A stretch of 36,618 nt of DNA from assembly GCA_964555905.1 (NCBI GenBank), contig CAZKUI010000003.1, positions 1 to 36,618 on the forward strand. Reading direction: 5' to 3'. Shown piece after piece: positions 9,187-15,808 of the stretch. This stretch comes from an uncultured Candidatus Bathyarchaeia archaeon. Its GTDB lineage: Archaea > Thermoproteota > Bathyarchaeia > EX4484-135 > B24-G1. A model generated the notes under the pieces. The model did no database searches. It was not told the origin of the DNA and saw only the letters and a list, made by a program, of their open reading frames with translations. Both the position numbers and the translations under genes were made by a program. The first letter of the stretch is position 1. Every line of letters begins with the position of its first letter.

Positions 9187-10260
9187 TTACCCGTAATTAA
9201 GGCGTTTTTTCAGCTGGATTCCGTGGATTCCATCCCCGTAGTAGTCCTCTAGCCTCTTCACGTCTACGTACCCCCTCTTCCAGTAGAGGTTCCTGGCGGC
9301 CATATTATCAACCCTCACCTCCAGATAGCAATCCCTGGCGCCGCCAAACCAGAATACCCTCTCCATCCTGTCTAGGAGCGCATTGGCCACGCCCCTCCTC
9401 CTGAACCGGCTGGCGACGTCCACCGTGTAGATGTGCCCGATTTTCTCGGCGTCCACTCGTTCCACACAGCCGAGGATGAATCCGGCGATTTCACCGTCTA
9501 CCTCGGCTATGAAGCTCATGAACCTCGGGTTCATCGCGAGGCTGGCTAGGAGCGCCTTTGGGTATGCATCCTGACCGAAGCACTCCCTCTCAATTTCATA
9601 CAGCCTCCCCAAATCCTCGGATAGAGCTGGTCTAATTCTCGTGCTTCCAGTTACATCGTTTATCTCCAGTATGAACGGGTTAAGCCCCAACTTCCTGTAG
9701 ATGTCTGGAACGGCATTCACTGGGTCTCTAGTGCCTAAGTATAGTAGGTGGCTTCCGCATCCGGCCCTGCAGTCTGAGGAGCCGAATCCCGGAACTGGCA
9801 CCTCCGCGTTTAATTCGCTTTTCAGCGATAGGTTAGTGGTGCATTCGGTGTTTGTGGCTGTCTCAGCCGCCACCACCCTCATCACGTAGACGCCTCTACT
9901 AGCGAGTAGGTAATCTATGTGCCACAGCTTCGCCTTGAACCCCCTTAGGTGCCTCATCACCCTACCCGGAAGGCTTGCGGGGCCCATTCCGAGGGCTGAA
10001 CCCGTGTAGGTGTAGAATCCACGCTTTAACCTACACGCGCCCAGACGCCCAACCCTTACGTCTAACTCCCTCGGTAGGTGGATGACCAGCGTGTAGACGC
10101 CCCTCTGGGGTGCACTCTTCACCCCGTTAGGGGAACTCCGAGGTACTGGCTGAACCATAACGCCACCTTCAACTGCTCCTTGGCTGATAAGCGTGGAAGC
10201 CGCATCCTCACTATAGATGGGCGGATGAAGCCCCTCCTCTTCGCCTCCTCTAAAATCCAC
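9187..10260 (-). CDS. Fusion protein: N-terminal DUF123 (GIY-YIG superfamily-like) domain plus C-terminal RimI/Ard1-type GNAT N-acetyltransferase
   Basis: DUF123 signature: GVYTLVIHL...GFYTYTGSA...LWHIDYLL...PGFGSSDCRAGCGSHLLYLG (about aa 53-176). GNAT: IRPALSEDLGRLYEIE...GHIYTVDVASRFRRRGVANALL (R-x-x-G-x-A acetyl-CoA loop)...YLEVRVDNMAARNLYWKRGY (about aa 208-355). The likely true start is the in-frame ATG at 10158 (MVQPVP...), not 10260. Confidence 0.75.
   Translation of the reverse strand: MDFRGGEEEGLHPPIYSEDAASTLISQGAVEGGVMVQPVPRSSPNGVKSAPQRGVYTLVIHLPRELDVRVGRLGACRLKRGFYTYTGSALGMGPASLPGRVMRHLRGFKAKLWHIDYLLASRGVYVMRVVAAETATNTECTTNLSLKSELNAEVPVPGFGSSDCRAGCGSHLLYLGTRDPVNAVPDIYRKLGLNPFILEINDVTGSTRIRPALSEDLGRLYEIERECFGQDAYPKALLASLAMNPRFMSFIAEVDGEIAGFILGCVERVDAEKIGHIYTVDVASRFRRRGVANALLDRMERVFWFGGARDCYLEVRVDNMAARNLYWKRGYVDVKRLEDYYGDGIHGIQLKKRLNYG
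9205..9210 (+). terminator. Oligo-T tract, possible archaeal terminator for the phosphoesterase gene
   Basis: T6 run 35 nt downstream of the stop at 9170. It lies inside the 3' end of the convergent GNAT gene (encodes KK on the other strand), so it may be coincidental. Confidence 0.3.
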
Positions 10261-10373
10261 CTAAATTCCTCCCTACCCAGCTCAATGACGCAGTCCCCGC
10301 CCATGAGCAGGCGAACAACGCTGCCCCTCCTCTCAAGGGATACGTCGCCCCTCACCCCTCCCACATCCGCCAC
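10119..10373 (-). CDS. Hypothetical 84-aa protein (uncertain)
   Basis: The ORF overlaps the 5' extension of the DUF123-GNAT ORF in another frame. The central segment VVRLLMGGDCVIELGREEFRWILEEAKRRGF looks protein-like, but I recognise no family. Confidence 0.25.
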   Translation of the reverse strand: MADVGGVRGDVSLERRGSVVRLLMGGDCVIELGREEFRWILEEAKRRGFIRPSIVRMRLPRLSAKEQLKVALWFSQYLGVPLTG

Positions 10374-10470
10374 CTCCGCTGAGGCTGGTTCCCGGAGTTT
10401 CAGGGTTAAGGCGGCGCATGATGGTGAGGATGTATGGCGCCTATTATCCTTTTTCCCAGCCCCGGTGGGG

Positions 10471-11046
10471 TTATAGCGGCCCCCTGTAGTACTTCGTTGC
10501 GGGGCAGGCTAGGCACTCGCCACTCATGTAGTATTTGCATTTGCCGCAGTGAACCCCACACGGCGTTACTTCCCGGTTCCTCTCCGTTTTTATGCGAAGT
10601 GGTACGTGGCTCGGGTAAATGAGGTCCTCTATCACGTAGACATCAGACCTCCTTATGCCCTCCTTATTACGTATGCAGCACATCCCAAGGGCGATAGTCC
10701 TAACCACATACGCGCTCTCAGCCACCATCACTACCATGAAGTTGTAGGCCCCAACCGTGGTGGAGAGAAAAATGATGCGAGGGCACTCCCTAAAAAGCTT
10801 CATGAGCCGTTGAAGCTTTTCGTAGCTCTCAGCCTCCCCCATGATGACCAAGAGCTTTAATCCAAGCTTCTCAGGGTTTAAGCCAGCAGATACGCGAACT
10901 AAATCGCTCTCTAGCATGCTTTTCAGGTGCTTCTTCACGCTAACGTGCGTAACCCCCAAACGCCTACCAATCTCGGAGAGAGACATTCTACCATCTAGCT
11001 GAAGAAGCTCTATAATGCTCTTGCGTCTATCCGAAAGCAACTTCAT
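10471..11046 (-). CDS. Lrp/AsnC-family transcription regulator with a C-terminal Cys-rich extension
   Basis: N-terminal HTH (SLSEIGRRLGVTHVSVKKHLKSM), a central AsnC/RAM-type effector domain, then about 45 extra residues with C-x3-C-x2-C-x7-C-x2-C (CGVHCGKCKYYMSGECLAC). Minus-strand GTATAATG about 25 nt upstream of the ATG suggests a leaderless transcript. Confidence 0.8.
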   Translation of the reverse strand: MKLLSDRRKSIIELLQLDGRMSLSEIGRRLGVTHVSVKKHLKSMLESDLVRVSAGLNPEKLGLKLLVIMGEAESYEKLQRLMKLFRECPRIIFLSTTVGAYNFMVVMVAESAYVVRTIALGMCCIRNKEGIRRSDVYVIEDLIYPSHVPLRIKTERNREVTPCGVHCGKCKYYMSGECLACPATKYYRGPL

Positions 11047-11143
11047 GGGTACAAATTAAAACATTATACCCTTACTTAAGTTTAACTTTTGGTGGTGAAG
11101 GAGTCGTTACCATGAGAGATGCGCTAAATATCTGTGGACTGGA

Positions 11144-11156
11144 TTACAATTTGTAA
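11144..11156. promoter_or_regulatory. Perfect palindrome TTACAA-T-TTGTAA, candidate Lrp-type operator
   Basis: 6-bp arms with a 1-nt spacer in the Lrp/TauE divergent intergenic region, ending 7 nt upstream of the TauE TATA box. Its length and A/T-rich centre resemble known archaeal Lrp-family sites. Confidence 0.4.
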
Positions 11157-11163
11157 CCCAAAG

Positions 11164-11172
11164 CTTATAAAA
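11164..11172 (+). promoter_or_regulatory. TATA box candidate for the TauE-family gene
   Basis: CTTATAAAA. It overlaps the first ATG of the long ORF, which implies the real start codon lies further downstream. Confidence 0.45.
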
Positions 11173-12017
11173 TGTGGAAATTTTATAGTCCATGCAATGC
11201 GTGGTGTGGGGTGATTGCTGTGGTTGGCGCTGTGTCAGTGATTTTGATGTTAGTGTTCGGCGTTATTGCAGGCGTCGTTGGCGGTCTCTTGGGTATAGGC
11301 GGTTGCTCTATAATGCTTCCGGCGCTCCACTTCCTCTTCGCTTATCCTCTGCCAGTTGCTATCGGGACTACGATAACGGCTGTTATAATAACCGCCACCT
11401 CCGGCGCCATCGCCCACATTAAAATGAAGAACGTAGATTATAGCACATCCAAGATAATCTCTGTTAGTGGGGCGGTTGGCGCGATTCTGGGTTCCATACT
11501 CTTCAACTACTTGGTTGGGAGGATGGCGCTGTTAAGTCTAATCGTCGGCTTAGCCTTCCTCTACACGTCGGTGAGGATGGTGTATGAGGGTGCTATGAGG
11601 AGGGGTGGAGGGGGGAAGATTGGCGGTGATGTGCGGGTTGTCCCCGGAAGCTCCGGCGCTAAGGCGGCAATTGGGTTCGTTGTTGGGGTGCTCACGGGGG
11701 TTGTGGGGCTCGGCGGCGGGTACGCCCTCGTCCCATCCTTCCTCTACATACTAAACTCGCCGGTGAAAATCGCCGTCGGCACATCCCTAGCTTCCTTCAT
11801 AACCATGAGCATCGTCTCCGCCTCCTTCAAGGTGGTAAGCAGGCACGTAGACGTAATCGCAGCCGTGTGCCTGGGCGCTGGGACAGCCCTAGGCGCTCAA
11901 CTTGGGGCGAGACTTGTTCCAAAGACGCCTGCGTGGGCAATCAAGCTGTTGTTCGGGCTGTTATTCCTCTATGTCTCGCTGAGGTTCATATTGAAGGCGG
12001 TGGGGATAGTCATATAG
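11172..12017 (+). CDS. TauE/SafE (DUF81) family anion (sulfite/sulfonate-type) exporter permease
   Basis: Polytopic membrane ORF with the duplicated family motif (GGLLGIGGCSIMLPAL and GVVGLGGGYALVPSF). The true start is probably GTG 11211 or ATG 11247, because the TATA box overlaps 11172. Confidence 0.8.
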   Translation: MWKFYSPCNAWCGVIAVVGAVSVILMLVFGVIAGVVGGLLGIGGCSIMLPALHFLFAYPLPVAIGTTITAVIITATSGAIAHIKMKNVDYSTSKIISVSGAVGAILGSILFNYLVGRMALLSLIVGLAFLYTSVRMVYEGAMRRGGGGKIGGDVRVVPGSSGAKAAIGFVVGVLTGVVGLGGGYALVPSFLYILNSPVKIAVGTSLASFITMSIVSASFKVVSRHVDVIAAVCLGAGTALGAQLGARLVPKTPAWAIKLLFGLLFLYVSLRFILKAVGIVI

Positions 12018-12055
12018 GCATAGGGCATGAGGGATGCTCGTAGGAGGGAGCGTGG

Positions 12056-12661
12056 TTGAGCGTAGACATATTCGCCCTAATGAAGAAGGAAGAGGAGAAG
12101 AAAACCTTAGTGAAGAGCTACGAGATTCTTAAGTTCGAGAGGAACCCCCTAGTTCCTTGTAAGGGAGTTTTAGCCCGGTTTGATGCCAGAATAAGCGATG
12201 TAATCCCGATAATATTCATCCGCCACTTGGGCACCTCATCCTACATACCGAGGGAGAACATACTAACGCTGAAGCTCCACCAGCGCCTCATAACGCTATA
12301 CCCGGACGGAAGGGTTGCGTTAAACGCGGCTTGGGAGGAGAGGGCGGCGAGGAAGGTTCTGGAGGACGTAAAGGAGTTGATAAACGAAGCTTACGGCGAA
12401 CTTCTACGCGAGGGTATGCCCACGGAGGAGGAGGTGCTGAGGGCACTAAAACTGAGCTGGTCTGACGTCTACGAGCTATTACCGAAGACCAACTGTGGGG
12501 AGTGCGGCTACCAGACCTGCTCCTCCTTCGCTGCGGCCGTCTTCCGGGGTGAAGCGAGGCTGGATACGTGTAAGCCCTTGGTGGCTCGCCGTGAAGAGAG
12601 CGAGAGGCGGCTCGCGGAGGCGTTCAGCCCCAGAATTCTTAGGGCGCTCGGTTGGAGGTAG
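12056..12661 (+). CDS. Protein with a C-terminal RnfB/AcsC-N-terminal-type putative 4Fe-4S domain
   Basis: TTG start preceded by GGAGGGAG. The C-terminal LPKTNCGECGYQTCSSFAAAVFRGEARLDTC gives C-x2-C-x4-C-x16-C, the pattern of the 'putative Fe-S cluster' domain found at the N-termini of RnfB and the corrinoid Fe-S protein. The N-terminal 130 aa are unrecognised. Confidence 0.6.
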   Translation: MSVDIFALMKKEEEKKTLVKSYEILKFERNPLVPCKGVLARFDARISDVIPIIFIRHLGTSSYIPRENILTLKLHQRLITLYPDGRVALNAAWEERAARKVLEDVKELINEAYGELLREGMPTEEEVLRALKLSWSDVYELLPKTNCGECGYQTCSSFAAAVFRGEARLDTCKPLVARREESERRLAEAFSPRILRALGWR

Positions 12662-12670
12662 ACGCCTCCG

Positions 12671-13018
12671 CTAGAAGCATACAACCTTGCAGTCTTCCTT
12701 CCTTATTTCGTCCATGAATTCATCCATGAGGTCGTCCGGGACTATAACCCCCTCCACGAGCTGGTTTTCGCGTATCCCCCTAGCTTCTAGGTCCTCCTTT
12801 TTTGCGTAGACCTTGCATCCGGTCTCCAGGAGTCTCCTTATAGTAGCCTCCCTCGGGTGTCCCTTCGTCACGTATAGGACGCCGTCCCCAACTAGGTATA
12901 GGTGGGCCTCGTCCCCGCTGGAGGTGGCTGTCAGCGCCATGCGGAGGCAAACCTTTGCATCCGGCGTGTTCGGCGCCTTCGTCAGCAGGAGGACCCAAAG
13001 CAAAACCCACACCGACAC
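12671..13018 (-). CDS. DsrE/DsrF (TusD)-like sulfur-relay family protein
   Basis: VLLLTKAPNTPDAKVCLRMALTA...HLYLVGDGVLYV...GCKVYAKKEDLEARGI...KVVCF matches the DsrE-like fold pattern (about 115 aa). The ORF stays open to GTG 13099, but those extra 27 aa are basic and low-complexity. GTG 13018 gives the typical length. Confidence 0.6.
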   Translation of the reverse strand: MSVWVLLWVLLLTKAPNTPDAKVCLRMALTATSSGDEAHLYLVGDGVLYVTKGHPREATIRRLLETGCKVYAKKEDLEARGIRENQLVEGVIVPDDLMDEFMDEIRKEDCKVVCF

Positions 13019-13097
13019 AACCCTCAACAGCCTAAACCTTAACCTTTTTCTCCCTATTGCGTACGAAACTCCAAAAGCTTCATAGCGGTTTTTAACC

Positions 13098-13106
13098 ACT
13101 ATATAT
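13098..13106. promoter_or_regulatory. TATA element in the DsrE-like/NikR divergent region
   Basis: ACTATATAT sits only 6 nt before GTG 13112. With normal spacing the NikR transcript would be leaderless at GTG 13130 (VERISISLP...). Confidence 0.4.
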
Positions 13107-13111
13107 GCACG

Positions 13112-13525
13112 GTGGTGGATTTGTCCGGGGTGGAGAGGATAAGTATCTCACTCCCAAAAGACCTCCTCAAGGAACTGGATGAAACTATCCGGCAAGTCGG
13201 GTATGAGAGCCGCTCAAAGGCGGTGCACGACGCCATAAGGAGTTTAATCGCGGAGCATCGGTGGCTTAGGGAGGAGAGGGGCGTCCGGGTGGGAGCCATA
13301 ATCACCGTCTACGAGCATGGTAAGCCGGGTCTCGTGGAGCGGCTTCTTGACATCCAGCACCACTACGGGGAGATTATAACGTCTACCTTCCACGTCCACC
13401 TAGATAAGGAAAACTGCATGGAGATAATTGCGGTGAGGGGGGAGGCCGAAGCCATACGTAAGCTCGCAGAGGGTATAAAATCCATGAAGGGTGTGAAGCA
13501 GTTGAAGGTTGCCATCGCGCTGTAG
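13112..13525 (+). CDS. nikR: Nickel-responsive regulator NikR (ribbon-helix-helix plus ACT-like metal-binding domain)
   Basis: N-terminal RHH (RISISLPKDLLKELDETI...GYESRSKAVHDAIRSLI). The complete high-affinity Ni site spacing H-x10-H-x-H-x5-C is present in QHHYGEIITSTFHVHLDKENC. Confidence 0.85.
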   Translation: MVDLSGVERISISLPKDLLKELDETIRQVGYESRSKAVHDAIRSLIAEHRWLREERGVRVGAIITVYEHGKPGLVERLLDIQHHYGEIITSTFHVHLDKENCMEIIAVRGEAEAIRKLAEGIKSMKGVKQLKVAIAL

Positions 13526-13567
13526 CTGGGCTGGAAAAGCTTTTTACTCGGTTTCCTCTAGGCTTGG

Positions 13568-15061
13568 ATGGTTAAAATGGAGGAAGTTATTCGCCAGTTG
13601 GACGTTTTCTTCAATCCGAAATCGGTCGCCGTCGTTGGCGCCTCCAAGAAGATCAGGAAGGCCGGCCACGTTATATTCAAGAATTTCGTGGAGAACAAGA
13701 GCCGGGGCCTGTATAAGGGGGAGCTTTACCCAGTAAATCCCCATGAGCAGTCCATATTGGGCTTCAAGTGCTACCCAAGCCTCAGGAAGGTTCCTGAAGG
13801 CGTAGACCTCGCCGTGGTGGTGGTTCCCGCTAAGGCGGTTCCAGCGGTCATGGAGGACGCGGCCGCCAAGGGGGTGAAGGCCGCCGCCATCATTAGCGCC
13901 GGGTTCAGCGAGGTGGGGAACCACGAACTCGAGGAGCGGGTGAAGAAGATAGCCGAGGAGGCGGGCATACGGGTCTTGGGTCCGAACTGCCTCGGGGTTT
14001 TCGACTCCTACACGGGCGTGGACACGCTGTTCCTCCCGGAGACGAAGATACTCGCCACGGGTGAGGAGGTGGTGGCAACCCCCAGGCCCATACCGGGCCA
14101 CATGGCCGTTGTGAGCCAGAGCGGGGCGTTCGGGGTTGCAGCCCTAGACTACCTAGCTGGAAGCCAGCTCGGAGTCAGCAAGTTTGTGAGCTTCGGAAAT
14201 CGCTGCGACGTAGACGAGGCGGATACGCTCCTCTACCTGGGCCGCGACGACAAGACGCACTCCATACTCCTATACATAGAGGGGGTGGAGGACGGCAGAA
14301 AATTCCTAAAGGCGGCTAGGGAGGTCACGAAGCGGAAGCCCATAGTTGTGCTTAAGTCCGGGAGGACATCCGCCGGGGCCAGGGCCGCCCTCTCCCACAC
14401 GGGAACCCTCGCCGGCAGGGACGAGGTCTACGACGCCGCCTTCTCCCAAGCCGGAATCGTCAGGGCGGAGAACATGGAGGAGTTCTTCGACTTCGGGAAG
14501 GCCTTAGCCCTCCAACCCCCAGCCGCGGGAAACAGAATCGCAATAATCACCGACGCTGGAGGCCCGGGAATCATGGCGGTGGACGAGGCCATCCGCAGGG
14601 GCCTAGAAGTCCCGGAACTCTCGGAGGAGGCGAAAAGTAAGTTCAAGCGTCTGGTGGACGAGGGGAAAGTCCCCCCATTCGCGTCGTTCAAGAACCCCAT
14701 AGACCTCACAGGCTCAGCGACCTCCGAGATGTTCGAGGAGGGCATAAGAATACTCGCGGAGTCACCCGAGGTAGACGGGATCATAGTGCTGGGCCTCCAC
14801 CACATCCCGGGTGTGATGGAGGACCTCGTGGACAGAATCGTCTACATCGTCAAGGAATGCAGTAAACCCGTGGTGGCGTGCGATGTGGGGAAGACGGAGA
14901 TGGCGCTCTTCATGCGCCTGAGATTCGAGAAGTTCGGCATACCCGCCTACGAGTCTCCGGAGGACGCCGCGAGCGCCATGGCCGCTTTGGTGAGGTACGG
15001 CCGTTACCTAAAGAAGTGCGGGTGCTTTGAGGAGTATGTGGAGAGGTTCATGAAGCGGTAG
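13568..15061 (+). CDS. acdA: ADP-forming acetyl-CoA synthetase (acyl-CoA ligase, NDP-forming) alpha subunit
   Basis: N-terminal CoA-binding domain (SVAVVGASKKIRKAGHVIF), succinyl-CoA-synthetase-like domains, phosphohistidine loop ALSHTGTLAG. 497 aa. No beta (ATP-grasp) subunit adjacent. Confidence 0.85.
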   Translation: MVKMEEVIRQLDVFFNPKSVAVVGASKKIRKAGHVIFKNFVENKSRGLYKGELYPVNPHEQSILGFKCYPSLRKVPEGVDLAVVVVPAKAVPAVMEDAAAKGVKAAAIISAGFSEVGNHELEERVKKIAEEAGIRVLGPNCLGVFDSYTGVDTLFLPETKILATGEEVVATPRPIPGHMAVVSQSGAFGVAALDYLAGSQLGVSKFVSFGNRCDVDEADTLLYLGRDDKTHSILLYIEGVEDGRKFLKAAREVTKRKPIVVLKSGRTSAGARAALSHTGTLAGRDEVYDAAFSQAGIVRAENMEEFFDFGKALALQPPAAGNRIAIITDAGGPGIMAVDEAIRRGLEVPELSEEAKSKFKRLVDEGKVPPFASFKNPIDLTGSATSEMFEEGIRILAESPEVDGIIVLGLHHIPGVMEDLVDRIVYIVKECSKPVVACDVGKTEMALFMRLRFEKFGIPAYESPEDAASAMAALVRYGRYLKKCGCFEEYVERFMKR

Positions 15062-15076
15062 CGCAAAATTGTTTAT

Positions 15077-15808
15077 TTGCCCCATGTTCCCTCAGGGGGA
15101 GAAGCCTTGGTCGCCATAGCGGTGGTCGGGCCTAAGGACTCGGGTAAAACGCTCGCCGTTGAGGCGTTAGTTCGCGGGTTCTCCAGCCGTGGATACAGAG
15201 TAGCCACCATTAAGCACATACCGGAGCGGGAGTTCACAATAGACACGCCGGGAAAGGACACGTGGAGGCACGCCGAAGCCGGAGCCGAGATGGTAGCCGC
15301 CGTCTCCCCCAACGAGATAGCCATTATAAGGAGGATGGATACAACCACCCTAAGCATGGACGAGATTTTAAGCCTCGTGGAGAACCACGCGGACATAGTA
15401 ATACTGGAGGGATTTAAGGGTCTGGCTGGCAGGAAGGTGCCGAAGGTTGTTGCCGTTAGGAGCCGGGAGGAAGCCCTAGAGGCCGCGGAGCGTTACAGGC
15501 CCATTCTCGCGTTCGTCGGCCTCGAGCCTATAAGTGGGAAGCTGGCGGCACCCTACGTAGACCTGCCCCGGAACGGCGGGCGGCTCGTGGATATTCTGGA
15601 GCCCGTTGTTTCACGCATGGTGGAGGTTGAGCGGGAGCGCCGAGCCATAACCATACGTGTAGACGGGAGGAAAGTCGCCCTGAGGCGTTTCGTTAGGGAA
15701 ATTGTGAGGAACACGATCTCTGCGATGCTCTCCTCTCTAAAGGGTGTGGAAATCAAGGACGCCGACAGAATCCTAGTGGAGGTGAGGAGGGAGAGCAAAT
15801 CGGCATGA
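15077..15808 (+). CDS. mobB: MobB-like molybdopterin-guanine dinucleotide biosynthesis adapter GTPase with a C-terminal extension
   Basis: P-loop VVGPKDSGKT and MobB-like IKHIPEREF / DTWRHAEAGA. TATA-like AAAATTGTTTATTT at 15064-15077 makes the in-frame TTG at 15107 (then VAIAVVGPKDSGKT) the more likely start. Confidence 0.7.
   Translation: MPHVPSGGEALVAIAVVGPKDSGKTLAVEALVRGFSSRGYRVATIKHIPEREFTIDTPGKDTWRHAEAGAEMVAAVSPNEIAIIRRMDTTTLSMDEILSLVENHADIVILEGFKGLAGRKVPKVVAVRSREEALEAAERYRPILAFVGLEPISGKLAAPYVDLPRNGGRLVDILEPVVSRMVEVERERRAITIRVDGRKVALRRFVREIVRNTISAMLSSLKGVEIKDADRILVEVRRESKSA

Noticed and set aside
13544-14101. 185-aa ORF antisense to the acetyl-CoA synthetase alpha gene, and similar long antisense or alternate-frame ORFs (for example 3884-4162, 7594-8142, 22890-23390, 28373-28926, 33001-33997)
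   Set aside because: All overlap confidently identified genes and have Pro/Arg/Ser/Leu-rich compositions without recognisable domains. Such ORFs are expected by chance in stop-poor GC-rich DNA.
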